Assembly: GCA_964016885.1 (NCBI GenBank)
Contig: OZ024747.1
Coordinates: 45,198,001 to 45,262,000 of the forward strand
Direction of reading: 5' to 3'
Length of the DNA: 64,000 bases
DNA from: Eledone cirrhosa
Taxonomy: Eukaryota
The position numbers and the translations under genes were made by a program. How positions within the stretch are numbered: position 1 is the first letter of the stretch; each line of letters opens with the position of its first letter. Below are positions 12,169-24,986 of the stretch, one piece after another. The notes under the pieces are model-generated. The model did not search any database, was not told where the DNA came from, and saw only the letters and a list, made by a program, of their open reading frames with translations.

Positions 12169-15100
12169 ATCATCATCATCACCATTTTACGTCCGTTCTT
12201 CCACGCTAGCATGGGTTAGACGGGTTGTCCTGTTGTGGGCAGTGTCTGGTCGGCTGACCATGCCTTGCTCATACAGGAACTGATCTGGCTTGATTTCTAC
12301 AGCTGGATGCCCTTCCTAACACCAACCTCATTTACAGTGAGTGCTGGGTGCTTTTTCGTGGCGCCTACACGTCCACTTTACAGTGTGGGCTGGGTGCTTT
12401 TTTGCCGTGGCACCTCCACGACCACCTTGCGGTGGGGGGGGGGGGGCATATTGTTTATATGCTTCAGCATGTACCCATGGGAGGTCGGGTACCCTGTATT
12501 ACTGCGTGACGCCAGAAGTCACGGTCGTGTGTCATTGACTTTGAGAGGTGTAGTTGGGTAAGGTCGGCTTTTATCACCTCATCCCAAGTCATCTTGGGTC
12601 TCCCCACTCCGCGGTTTCCATCAACTTCTAGTGCTCTGCACCTTTTTATGCAGCTGTCATCCTTCATACGCATCACATGTCCATACCAGCGTAACCGCCT
12701 CTCCTGCACGCAGCATTTGATTCCTCTTATGCTCAGTCTCTCTCTCAATTCATTTATGCTTTGTCGTTCACGTATATTACTGTTACACATCCATCGGAGC
12801 ATGCAGGCTTCGTTTCTCTCTAATCTACGTAAGTCTTCCACCTTCAGCGCCCAGGTCTCACTACCATGCAACATCGCTGTTCGGATACACGCATCATACA
12901 GTCTGCCTTTCATTCTGAGGGAGAAGCCTTTTGCAGCTAGCAGTGGTAGTAGTTCCCTAAACTTCTTCCATCCCGTTCTTACCCTAGTTATTGTACTTTC
13001 TGAGCACCCACCTCCGTTGCTAATTCGGTCACCTAGGTAGCAGAAGCTGTCTACTGTTTCTACAGGGCCCTCCCAGAGATTGGTGGTACTTGTTTCCTGT
13101 GGCTGTTTGCTTGCTGTTTCAGCACAGCTGCTGCATGTGAATCCTACATTCTTAATTAAGCTTCCTGAGATCCCGCTACATCTCTTGTGTACCCATTGTT
13201 TGCATTTGGGGCAAAGAATGGAGTTCCTACCTACACCTTTCCTACATACTGAGCAAGGCCATTTCCCTGAGGGGATCTGGGTTCTGTTTTCTCGTCTACT
13301 TATAAGGACCTTAGTCTTTGTCATGTTGACTTTGAGGCCCTTTCTCTCTAGTCCCTGCTTCCAGGTTTGGAATTTATTCTCTAGTTCTACCATAGATTCA
13401 GCTATGAGTGCGAGGTCATCAGCATACAGGAGTTCCCATGGGCATCCGGTCTTAAACTCCTCCGTTATTGCCTGCAGGACTATGATGAACAGGAGAGGGC
13501 TAAGAACAGAGCCCTGGTGGACCCCAACCTGTACGCTAAATTCCTCGCTATACTCATTGCCAATCCTAACTTTGCTGACTGCTCCCCTATACATGGCTTG
13601 TACCGCTTTCACAAGCCATTCATCTACTCCTAGTTTTCTAAGAGCCCACCAGATTACTGCACGTGGAACTCTGTCAAAGGCTTTCTCAAGGTCGACAAAT
13701 GCCAGGTAGAGTGGCTTACTTTTAGCTAGGTACTTTTCCTGTAATTGCCTCACAAGGAAGAGCGCATCAGTGGTGCCTTTCCCTGGAACAAACCCAAATT
13801 GCATCTCGTCTATATTCACCCGGTACCTAATCAGCTGTGCTATAACTCTTTCTGTTACTTTCATGACCTGGTCCATCAACTTTATACCTCTATAGTTTCC
13901 TCTATCTAGTGCATCGCCTTTACCTTTGTAGCAGTTGACAATGATGCTACTGCACCAATCTTTTGGTATGGCCCCCTCTAGTATTACCTGGTTAACGATA
14001 CGTGTGGTTATAGTGTGACCTACAGACCCAGATGCCTTCAGCATCTCGGCAGCTATACCCGATGGACCGGTTGCCTTCCCTATCTTCATATCTCTGATTG
14101 CCTTACTTACTACGCTGCCGCTGACTTGTACTGCTGGTCCCTCTATAGGGTCTACGTGGGGTAGGGTCTCTTCTTCCCATGCATTCTCCTCATTTAGTAA
14201 TCTATCATAATGACTCTTCCATGCATCTTTCTTCTCAGCACTTGTGAGGGCAAGCTCACCTTTATCATTCCGGATACACTTCTCTCCAATGACATCACAA
14301 CTATCTCTGACACACTGCCTCGCAATCTTGAATACCTCCTGTTTCTGGTCCTCACGTTGTAAAACATGCTTGAATTTTCTATCCTCTGCTTCCCTCCTAG
14401 CTAAGTATACTTGTCGCCTAGCTTCCCTCTTGGTCTCTATGTAATGTACCCTGCTCCCCCCGTTCTTCCATTCTTTCCATGCCTGTCTCTTGGCCTTGAC
14501 TGCTTCATCTACCTTATTGTTCCACCACCAAGTCACTCTCCTCCTGCTTGAGGTCTTACTCCAGCCACAAACCTCATCCGTCGCCTCTAGTAAGTTATTT
14601 TTTAGGAACTCCCAGTTCTCTTCTACGTTAAATGTCTCTATCTGTTCTTCTTTACTGTCGTAGGCGTTGAGTAAAATATCTTTAAATCTGTTACTGGTTG
14701 AGGGGACTTTCAGCTTCCAGATCTTTCTTCTCCAGGTTGGCCTCTGTTTCAGGGCTCGTCTAGTTCTGACCGTGAGGTCGCTGACAACTAAGCTATGTTG
14801 GGATGTACATTCCTCACTAGGGAAGGCTTTTGTGTTTACGACCGTCCATCTGTCACGTCCTCTGATGAGAATAAAATCTAACTGACTAGAGTGCTCCCCT
14901 GATCTATAGGTGATCAGGTGGTTGTCGGGTTTTTTAAAGTTTGTGTTACATATCGACATGTCATTGGCGTCGCAGAATTCTAGAAGTCTGAATCCTTCCT
15001 CATTCCTTGTGCCAACTCCATGGCCTCCATGTACTCTATTGAAGCCGTCGCAGTGTTTACCTACGTGTCCGTTAAAATCTCCTGCAATGATTAGGAAGTC

Positions 15101-15825
15101 CTTGTCGTCTGTTAGAGCAGTAGTGTGTATTAGGGACTCGTAAAACCTATCCTTAAGTTCGTCTGGCAGCCCCGATTGGGGTGCGTAAGCTGATATTATT
15201 GTGGTAATTGTCTTATTCAGGACTAGTCTGAGTTTAATGATTCTTGCATTTACCCTGTACACTGAGATTACTTTATCTACCCACTTGTCAGCTAATAGTA
15301 TACCTACACCACCCATCCCATCGTCATTTCCCACCCAGAAAAATTTGTAGCACTGGCTTTTTCCTACAAGGACTCTAGCAGACCCTCCTCTCCATCTAGT
15401 CTCTTGCACACAGCATACATCAACTTCCTTTCGCTCTAGCATTTCTACGATTTCTCCTGCTCTTCCTTTCATTGAGCCTACATTGATGGTACCAACTCGG
15501 AGTTTTGGGCATTTGTCGACACTCGTAGGGGAGGGTCTCTGGGTTGGCGCTTCACGTGGGTGCTTGGTAGCTCGCAGATTCATATTTCATCTATTGATTC
15601 AGAGTTGCTCGTGTATTCCCAGCTCATCCATCCATAACGGTGGGAAAATTGAGGGCTAGAAGGACAGTGGTGGTGGGGTAATGGCAGGGTGTGTTGGGAT
15701 GCGCCAGAGGAGGAGAGAGTTAGTTAGGCAGGTAGTAGCAGCAGCAGCAGTGGAAATGGCATGCTAGGTTTGATTGGTCGAATAGACTATGGTGGTGTGT
15801 GGGGGTGGGGGGGAGGGAAATTGTG
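12169..15825 (-). mobile_element. Full-length RTE-clade LINE (family A); 5' UTR may extend through the array to about 17378
   Basis: (CAT)n tail at 12169, about 290-bp 3' UTR, single uninterrupted ORF. Confidence 0.93.
12464..15583 (-). CDS. RTE ORF, 1039 aa: AP endonuclease + reverse transcriptase + PHD-like zinc finger
   Basis: APE motifs GTINV, QETRW, SAYAP, GDFNGHVG, LDFIL, SQH; RT motifs QFGF, FVDLEKAFD, QGSVLSPLLF, YADD; RTE C-terminus RRLRWYGHV..GRP..TW. Confidence 0.97.
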   Translation of the reverse strand: MNLRATKHPREAPTQRPSPTSVDKCPKLRVGTINVGSMKGRAGEIVEMLERKEVDVCCVQETRWRGGSARVLVGKSQCYKFFWVGNDDGMGGVGILLADKWVDKVISVYRVNARIIKLRLVLNKTITTIISAYAPQSGLPDELKDRFYESLIHTTALTDDKDFLIIAGDFNGHVGKHCDGFNRVHGGHGVGTRNEEGFRLLEFCDANDMSICNTNFKKPDNHLITYRSGEHSSQLDFILIRGRDRWTVVNTKAFPSEECTSQHSLVVSDLTVRTRRALKQRPTWRRKIWKLKVPSTSNRFKDILLNAYDSKEEQIETFNVEENWEFLKNNLLEATDEVCGWSKTSSRRRVTWWWNNKVDEAVKAKRQAWKEWKNGGSRVHYIETKREARRQVYLARREAEDRKFKHVLQREDQKQEVFKIARQCVRDSCDVIGEKCIRNDKGELALTSAEKKDAWKSHYDRLLNEENAWEEETLPHVDPIEGPAVQVSGSVVSKAIRDMKIGKATGPSGIAAEMLKASGSVGHTITTRIVNQVILEGAIPKDWCSSIIVNCYKGKGDALDRGNYRGIKLMDQVMKVTERVIAQLIRYRVNIDEMQFGFVPGKGTTDALFLVRQLQEKYLAKSKPLYLAFVDLEKAFDRVPRAVIWWALRKLGVDEWLVKAVQAMYRGAVSKVRIGNEYSEEFSVQVGVHQGSVLSPLLFIIVLQAITEEFKTGCPWELLYADDLALIAESMVELENKFQTWKQGLERKGLKVNMTKTKVLISRRENRTQIPSGKWPCSVCRKGVGRNSILCPKCKQWVHKRCSGISGSLIKNVGFTCSSCAETASKQPQETSTTNLWEGPVETVDSFCYLGDRISNGGGCSESTITRVRTGWKKFRELLPLLAAKGFSLRMKGRLYDACIRTAMLHGSETWALKVEDLRRLERNEACMLRWMCNSNIRERQSINELRERLSIRGIKCCVQERRLRWYGHVMRMKDDSCIKRCRALEVDGNRGVGRPKMTWDEVIKADLTQLHLSKSMTHDRDFWRHAVIQGTRPPMGTC

Positions 15826-17378
15826 AGGTAGGAACTGAGGGTCGCATGGTAAATATCCAAGTTAATACTACATCAGTAAAATTAACAATAATAACGTCAT
15901 GAAAAAAGCTACTAAGAGAAACCCTCGAAAATTTATCGCTAATACAGCAGGGAAAATTTAACGCTAATACAGCAGGGAACATCATAATATTAACGACATG
16001 AAAAAGCTACTAAGAGAAACCCTCGAAAATTTATCGCTAATACAGCAGGGAAAATTTAACGCTAATACAGCAGGGAACATCATAATATTAACGACAATAT
16101 GTAGGCTAAAATACCTTCGTAGATTAGGTGGATGGCTGGCTGGGAAAATTTGAATCAGCTCTACTGGTACATTTTAGCAGAGAAGAATGGCAAAGTGTCT
16201 TATCTCTTCAATATTTTCAGATTGAATGAATTAGGTTAAAGACAGGGTAGTAAGCCTTAAAGAAGTGCATAGAGGGGGGGGGGGGTAGGAACTGAGGGTC
16301 GCATGGTAAATAACTGAGAGAGATACAATAGGATTAGAATACCGCATGGTAAATATCCAAGTTAATACTACATCAGTAAAATTAACAATAATAACGTCAT
16401 GAAAAAAGCTACTAAGAGAAACCCTCGAAAATTTATCGCTAATACAGCAGGGAAAATTTAACGCTAATACAGCAGGGAACATCATAATATTAACGACATG
16501 AAAAAGCTACTAAGAGAAACCCTCGAAAATTTATCGCTAATACAGCAGGGAAAATTTAACGCTAATACAGCAGGGAACATCATAATATTAACGACAATAT
16601 GTAGGCTAAAATACCTTCGTAGATTAGGTGGATGGCTGGCTGGGAAAATTTGAATCAGCTCTACTGGTACATTTTAGCAGAGAAGAATGGCAAAGTGTCT
16701 TATCTCTTCAATATTTTCAGATTGAATGAATTAGGTTAAAGACAGGGTAGTAAGCCTTAAAGAAGTGCATAGAGGGGGGGGGGGGGGGTAGGAACTGAGG
16801 GTCGCATGGTAAATAACTGAGAGAGATACAATAGGATTAGAATACCGCATGGTAAATATCCAAGTTAATAAGTTAATACTACATCAGTAAAATTAACAAT
16901 AATAACGTCATGAAAAAAGCTACTAAGAGAAACCCTCGAAAATTTATCGCTAATACAGCAGGGAAAATTTAACGCTAATACAGCAGGGAACATCATAATA
17001 TTAACGACATGAAAAAGCTACTAAGAGAAACCCTCGAAAATTTATCGCTAATACAGCAGGGAAAATTTAACGCTAATACAGCAGGGAACATCATAATATT
17101 AACGACATGAAAAAGCTACTAAGAGAAACCCTCGAAAATTTATCGCTAATACAGCAGGGAAAATTTAACGCTAATACAGCAGGGAACATCATAATATTAA
17201 CGACATGAAAAAGCTACTAAGAGAAACCCTCGAAAATTTATCGCTAATACAGCAGGGAAAATTTAACGCTAATACAGCAGGGAACATCATAATATTAACG
17301 ACAATATGTAGGCTAAAATACCTTCGTAGATTAGGTGGATGGCTGGCTGGGAAAATTTGAATCAGCTCTACTGGTACA
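15826..17378. repeat. Nested tandem array: three about 500-bp higher-order units containing 98/99-bp monomers (2, 2 and 4 copies)
   Basis: gtaggaactgagggtcgcatgg recurs near 15827, 16285 and 16788; monomer starts near 15901, 16000, 16401, 16500, 16912, 17011, 17109, 17207. Confidence 0.95.
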
Positions 17379-17924
17379 TATATATATATATACACTAGCT
17401 AATACACACATATATATATATATATATATATACACTAGCTAACACATTATATATATATATATATATATATATAATGAAGGAGGTGTGGTAAGGAACCAGA
17501 TGGACCATAACGCACCAGAGTACTCAATACTTAAGGTAGTAGAGTGGGTAATAGGAAAATATTTGACCCCGACGGGGTCAAAATGGCTTGAGCTCTGCCG
17601 TCAGGGTCAAACATTTTCCTATATATGTATATATATATGGATGTTGTGTAAATTAATACACATGTATACACTTAATAAAGTTATATTCAACCTCGTGCGA
17701 TAAAACTGCAGTGTACATGAAGTAGAGAAAAGTTAACAAGAACAAAACTAGCTTTGCCTGTTATTTCTATACTTATGAGAAAGTTTGGCTGCCTTGTTAT
17801 GGCATTTTTACATAACCTTTAATATCTTCAAGCAGTCTTATACATGGTTTCATACATGTATAGAATTGTTTTTTATGTAAGGAAAGTCATGATATATTTC
17901 TCATACTGTGGTTATGATAGTAAT

Positions 17925-17957
<33 letters not shown>

Positions 17958-18540
17958 ATGTGTATGAAATAGAAAATATCAAACTGAAACATCTGCTCTA
18001 TATGAACAATTTGAAAACCATTGCTGTTTGTTTCATGAGTCTCTATGTCTCAATGTCATAGAAGACAAAGAAGACATAGCAAAAGAGAATGTATTTGGTT
18101 GAAAACCTGGAAAACGAAGAAGAAATGTAAACTTTAATGATGGCAGGGAAAAAAACTAGTGTTATGATAAAACCTTGCTAGAAGAAACATTGACAGAAGT
18201 CAGTATCATAGCAACATAATAAAACAATAATTTGTAGTTGTTGTAGAAGAAACAGGAAGACAACAACTGGAAAGTTTGATTTTCTACTTTATCTAAAACT
18301 ATCAATTGGTTGTTTCTATGTGAGTTGTATTGTCATCTTACTTCTCTGTTTCTCCATCAAACAGCAACAATGAAACAATCAGAAAAATTTATAGCTACAA
18401 AAAAATATAGTAATATAGTAATACGGTGGTGTTGAACTTCTGCTGTTTCCAACAATGTCTACTTCAGTTGACTCAATCAATGGAACTACCATTCTTATGA
18501 AATTAACAAGTGGCTAAGAATTCCACAGACACATGCATCC

Positions 18541-18767
18541 TTAACCCTTTAGCATTTAAAATGGCCATATCTGGCCAGAATTCTCTCACCTCTTTCTGTT
18601 CAAACCGGCTATAACTGGCTGTTCATACTGATATTATGGTATTGTTCTCAAAATAAATAATATCAACATCTCAGATTCAATATCATGTGAGATAATTATG
18701 TAAGGCAAAGCCTTTACCATGAAAATATAATAGTATATATAGAGTAATATAAATGCTAATGTGTTAA
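18541..18767 (+). mobile_element. TTAA-flanked MITE (piggyBac-like), family of 55572-55800
   Basis: ttaaccctttagcattt ... aaatgctaatgtgttaa. Confidence 0.75.
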
Positions 18768-19884
18768 TGTACATGTCAGGGAGATTTAGTGGGACACAAT
18801 GTATGACAAAGCTTACTCCTTGAATTTCAGGTACAACCTCATTTTTGCCATTTGAGTAAACTGAAGCAGCATGACAAAGATTATTGCTCAGGAACACAAT
18901 GCACTGCCTTGTCTAAAAATCGAATTCATGATGTATATCATGAGCCCAGCAACCTGAGATAGTAACTCTACACAATGTAAATCCTGGGTACTCAAAACTT
19001 GTAGTGGTAAAGTAGGCAAACTAACAGAAACGGTAAACTTTGTGTGTGACAGATGCACAAGGATATTTAATAGCAAGAGCACAAGGAAAATAACGTTTTC
19101 CAATCCCAGGACATGAATTATAGACATGTAACTTATTCAATCTGATGGGACACAACTATACATTGCAACTGCTTTTTAAATTAATATTATTCAGTTAACT
19201 GTGGCTAACATATCTATTTTAACTTCCGTATTCATAAATTTTGCTATTAAATTTTGTAATCTTCATTAAATCTATTTTGTTATTTCAACGGAATTATATT
19301 TATGGAAACAAATGTAAAGAGATACAGATTTGTAAGAAACCGAAGTCCAAAAATGTCAAATTTCTCTTGTTGATATCACTCTGAATTATCTAAGTTTTGT
19401 TTTCTACTTGATTTTAACAGTCCTATAGTTTATTACAATTCTCTTTGGTAATTTTGTCAGTTCATAATTTTTCACTTCTTTCCTTATTTTGGTCGTAAAT
19501 GTCAGCCAAATGTTGCTAGAAACTATATGATATTTTGTAATTATAAAGAAGAAAATTTCACAAATAAAACAGTTTTTTTGTTTTCTTTCTCAGAAAATAT
19601 TGCCAAATTTTACGAGGTGCCAAATTGTCACAGAGTTTTGAAAACAATAGTAATATACTAGAATCCTAGTGATAACTATCAGGTCATCAATTATGAAGAA
19701 TTAGTAGTTCAAGTGGCTTGGCTATATATGATAGGAAATAATACACTAGCCAGGAACATTTACCTATAGAATGAACATGGAAAATTGAGAAATGTGTGCT
19801 GGCATTTCTCACTAGCCTAAAATATTGATATCATAAAACATTTAAGATAAGACGAAATTTTCCAAAATACTTTAATGTTATGAT

Positions 19885-20260
19885 AAGGTAGTGTTGGTAA
19901 AACTATAAAATGCATCCAGCCCACTATAAAGTGGCAGTGATGGTGCCTCAATAAAAGGCACAGTCTTCTCTGTAAAGTAGTAGTGTTGATACCATAATAA
20001 AGAGCACTGTAAAGTGGCAGTGAAGGTGTACACAATAAAAAAACAGTTTTCTCTGTAAAGTAGTATAGTTGGTACCATGATAAAAAGCACTCACCCACCC
20101 CGTAAAGTGGTAGTGTTAGTGCCATAACAAAAAGTAGCCAGTCCACCCTATAAGATTGTAAGTGCTAGTGCCATGCTGAAAAGGATCCAGTCCACTCTGT
20201 AAGATGGTAGTGCTAAGGTCACAATAAAATGCTCCTTGTACATGCTGCAAAGTGGTTGGG
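19885..20260 (+). repeat. Decayed about 50-bp minisatellite related to the RTE 3' UTR/SINE internal repeat
   Basis: About 7 units resembling aaaaagcacccagtccactctgtaaagtggtagtg. Confidence 0.65.
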
Positions 20261-21190
20261 ATTATAGAAACCAAACTAAAATAGGTGTACAAGCAAGCTA
20301 TGCTCACCTGATCTGTCTAGCCTCAGTACATAACAATCCACCCAACAAATGGAAAATATACAAGCATGTTTAATTGTGAATGACTGGGGTTAGTACAAAC
20401 GTTTACTGCAACAATGTTTTAACTCTTGGTTCATTGCATTTCTGATGGCAAAATGCTTGTAGCTCAAAGTTATAGACTTCATTCTTATAAAAGATATAAT
20501 TTGAAGAGCAGTGTTGTTTTCCATCAGTGTTTACATCCTTCACTATCATACATTTGAATGTAAATCTTCACATTCAACATCTACAAGACCGCTGGCCATT
20601 TGTCATAGAGAACCATATAAAAGCTGTCATATGGTAGAGCCATAGCATAAGAACTGAAAAGATTGCCATCATAGAAAGAACAAACACATCCACACCTACA
20701 CACACGGGGGGTGGGGGTGATAAAACAAAATAAGGTGGTGAATAAGATAAAAATAAAAATAAAAAAGAACAAAAGCAAGGAAGTAAACATCAGAAATTCT
20801 TTGATCAAAGATAGATAGAAAAAAGAAACAAGATAATGAGACAAATGAAGCTAAAGGTTATATCAGAGTAATGGAGATAATTATTTATTTGGTAAGTTAC
20901 TAAATGTGAGATATTATCTCAGTAATAACAATGGCTTGGCACATTGGCACAAAGGACATAAATTTGTAAAGAAAGGAACAAAGAGATAGGGGTATAGCTG
21001 ACTGAATTAAACCCCACTACATAACTGTTATTTATTTATATAGACTTTAGAAATATGAATGAAAGAGAAAAGTCAGCCCTTATTGGGATTTCAACTCTGG
21101 GTTTAAAGGGAGATCACTAAATACTGTGTGATATAGGCTAAGGATCATACATATATAATACACTGGGTTGAAAAACTAACTGAAATTACC

Positions 21191-21230
21191 CAGTTGATGA
21201 TTTCTTTTGAATGAAACAGTTCTAGTCCTG
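21191..21230 (+). ncRNA. Degenerate hammerhead motif (TTGATGA core)
   Basis: cag-TTGATGA-tttc tttt gaat-GAAA-cagttctag-TC-ctg; same family as 28653-28689. Confidence 0.45.
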
Positions 21231-21321
21231 AGGAAGGCATTTATATATTAAACTTGATGTTTACACTCTACTAACGTATTGAGTACCTTACTTGCTGTGT
21301 TTACCCTTGATTGAACCTGGG

Positions 21322-21410
<89 letters not shown>

Positions 21411-21920
21411 ATAGACAAGTAACCAAAATAAGTAATCTGAGACATTTTATTTCTCCAATTTATGTTTCTACAAGAATGAACAGAAAATATACAAGGGAGA
21501 AATAGAAATGGTGAACTACCTTGGTCAACCTCCATTATTAATTTATAGGTGTGTCTATATAATATAATCTGATCATATATATCTATCCCATCTATATTTA
21601 TATATCTCTATCTATCTACATATAGAAATATATACATGCAAATTAAAAATTTATTTCTCAGAATTCATAATTGATTTGTTTTGTTTTTAAGAAAGAAAAC
21701 ATCCTCGCATTTTCGTTTAACGAAACTACATAACAGTTTATTTTGTCATTTACTCATTATTATTTGTCTGGTAAATAAACGTGTTATAAGAGAGTATATA
21801 TATATATAATCATTAAGGAAGATAAAAAAATAAGACAATAAGATAAAAACAATATATATATATATACCCATGCAAGCGTGGAACAGTGACGTTAAACGAT
21901 GATGATGATGATGATGATGA

Positions 21921-21960
<40 letters not shown>

Positions 21961-22258
21961 AATGAAACAAAAGCCAATTCCAAATATCTAAACTTGGAAT
22001 TGTTTTATCTGAAGCTATATTATTTGTGATGTGTTTCATTCGTTTATAATATGATTGTGTCACTATATGTAAATATTTGTGTATATTTGTGTTAGTTAGT
22101 ATGTTTGTGTGTGTACATTTGTGATGTGTATTTGTGCGTTTATGTACACACACAATATATATATATATATATGTGTGTATATATGTATGTATGTATATAT
22201 AAATGTATGTATGTATGTATATATAAATGTATGTATATATAAATGTATGTATGTATGT

Positions 22259-22312
<54 letters not shown>

Positions 22313-22974
22313 ATGTTTGTGTGTGCATGTGTTTGTAAGTTTTCTTCCATTCTCTGGTTACTGAAATCTATGAGTATTTTTTTCGTTTTTCATCAAATGG
22401 GATTATTTTTTGGTAAAAAGCAAAACAGGATAATATAAAAAGAAATAAGACATGTAACAAACAAATATATTTGTTCCTAAATGTTGCTTGAAAAATCCCT
22501 GTCACCACGCAATGACTGGCTTATCTAAAGTCTGGTTATGCTTCAGATTCTGCAATTAAATTTGGTAGATTTTTGATTTTAACAAACATAATCTTTAACA
22601 GAAAAAAAATTTTGCCTTTAACAAAAACAAAACCCAGCAAATTACTATCTCTCCCCACTCTAGCTGAAAAAGAGAAACAAAAAAATATTTGGTAATGTAG
22701 TTTTAGTTTATAAACCATTAGTCTAAAGACACATCCTATCAGCTTCAGGAAAATATTTTTTTTGGTTCTTGGGTGGGATTTTTTCCACCATTTTTTTCTT
22801 TATTCTAGGAGAATTTTTAACGATTGTGAGTTTTCAAACAAAATGATATACTTACGGTTTTTAATAGTGAAATCACATGCATTTCTGAATATACATCATC
22901 ATCATCATCACTTAACATCTATTTTCCCTATATATATATATGTGTGTGTGTGTGCATACATATATATTTATGCG

Positions 22975-23018
<44 letters not shown>

Positions 23019-23019
23019 T

Positions 23020-23077
<58 letters not shown>

Positions 23078-24676
23078 GCACACTCATATATGGAAACACA
23101 CATATATGTGTATACACATAAGTAAAAACGTAAATGGCTCTTCTTAGTTTGATGAATTTTCCACTTGTTAAAAATGTTGAACTGTTTACTCATTGTATTG
23201 ATATGGACATAGCTAAGTCCTTCTCAGATACATAAACCTTTTATGTGATCCTAAGGCAACAAAAGCATAACACAATGTGTAATATATTCAGGCCTTTGAA
23301 TTAAAGACACAATTCATCCAACAGGCTCCTGCACATTTTCCCTGTACCCAATTGCTCACAAGGCAGTGAGTATTGAGAATTGTCAAAGTTGTCACAGAAT
23401 GGGATCAAATCTGAGACATAGGGATTGGCAAGTATTTATTCTGGTTATTTGCATTCTGAGTTCAAATACTGTTGTGGTCTACTTTGCTGGTAGACTTAGG
23501 CCTTTACCTAGTTTACACCATCATATAACCCTTGGGTGACTTTAGTGGAATTCGTTCTGTTGTAAATAATTTGGCCACGTCTCCAGTTTGAAGATATCTT
23601 CTCCATTCTCTCCCCTGCCCACTTCCAGAGGTGTAACTATGGAAGCAACGAAATTGTGCCCCTTCCCAAACATAATTTATATAAATAATTCAATGACTCC
23701 AGCCACTATAGGGAAGACAGATTATACACTGAAGAAGTTTCTTTTTTCACTCTCCAATGATAGCTTATCTGAATTTAATAGGAAGTGCTCTCAGTCCAAG
23801 TAGCTCCCATGGCATGTGCCATAGTTACCCTACCTTAGTTACACTTCTGCTCCCACCAGTATTTGAAGTCCTGTAATATGTTATGGATAATTTCTTTCCC
23901 TGCCTGTCTAAACATTAAAAAAAAACTATTTAAAACTCTTTAGCATGTATCCTATCATCAGAGTTGTGAGATGACGACAAATAAGATATTTAACTGTTAT
24001 GGTCTTAGTCTATACAACCATAAGTATTGCAATCAATGCATAATTATAATCAAGGAAAACACTCACTGGATGATTGATAAGTTGTTTGTTGGATTTCTAT
24101 ACTAAATTGGGTTAGTAGAGGAAAATAACTTGTGAGGTATCTATAGATTAACTTTCCTGTACCATAGAAACTGAAGATAAACACTTGTCTAGTGAGCTTC
24201 AAAAGACTAAAAAAGAAATAGGAGGAAAAAGCATGGCTATGAGGATCAGAAATTTGTTTTGCAGTTACACAGATCTGTATTTGGTCCCATTGCACTCTGC
24301 TAAAACTGTGGTTTGACCAAGGCAATATACAATGGGAATTGTATTTGATAGATTAAAACTCTGTAATATGTGTGTCTCATCATAGTCATTATTCACATTG
24401 TTTAACATCAACTTTTCGTCAATGAGATGGGTTCTCATGTTATGAAATTAGACAAATCACATGACCAAATTTTGCTCAAATGTTCTGTTTTTGCCTTGTT
24501 TTGTTTTTATGGCTAGATGCCATTCCTAACAACTACATTTCAGTGTGTAATGGGAGCTTTTTTCATGGCACTTGATGCTTTTTGTCATAGCTCCAGTCTG
24601 ACCACTTTAAACGGTGCTCTCTCTCTCTCTCATATATACATATATAGTTATGTAATAAACAACATAAGATAATTAT

Positions 24677-24737
24677 TTCATTTATCAGTGGTTTCTTGAA
24701 GGCAGATGTTGTGTCTGTCTTCAGTCGTCAGAATAAA
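24677..24737 (-). ncRNA. Type I hammerhead ribozyme motif
   Basis: tttatt-CTGACGA-c tgaag a caga cacaaca tctg c cttca a-GAAA-cca c tga-TA-aatgaa. Confidence 0.7.
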
Positions 24738-24766
24738 TAAATAACATTGTGCTGTTATTAAATAAC

Positions 24767-24909
24767 ATATATCAGATAAAAATCTTTGGTGTTTAAATCA
24801 GAGACAAGAGGGTGGCCGGTATTTTAGCGACTTGTATCTGCGTTGACCACTAAAATACCGGCCACCCTCTTGTCTCTGATTTAAACACCAAAGATTTTAT
24901 CTGATATAT
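24767..24909. repeat. Inverted repeat, about 60-bp arms and 22-bp spacer
   Basis: 24767-24827 vs 24850-24909. Confidence 0.9.
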
Positions 24910-24928
24910 TCCTTCGTTATATTTTGAA

Positions 24929-24986
24929 TTACCTGATGATGTCACCGGATTCATATTGAACCCGGTCATTGAAATGATCATAGTAA
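24929..24986 (+). ncRNA. Type I hammerhead ribozyme motif
   Basis: ttac-CTGATGA-stem II (accgg..ccggt)-GAAA-tgatca-TA-gtaa, followed by AATAAA. Confidence 0.8.

Noticed and set aside
12594-15143. Plus-strand ORFs overlapping the RTE ORF
   Set aside because: Antisense shadows of the LINE coding region with no motifs
15764-17395. Repeated MMFPAVLALNFPCC ORFs; array superficially CRISPR-like
   Set aside because: Units are contiguous tandem copies without unique spacers, there are no cas genes, and the context is eukaryotic
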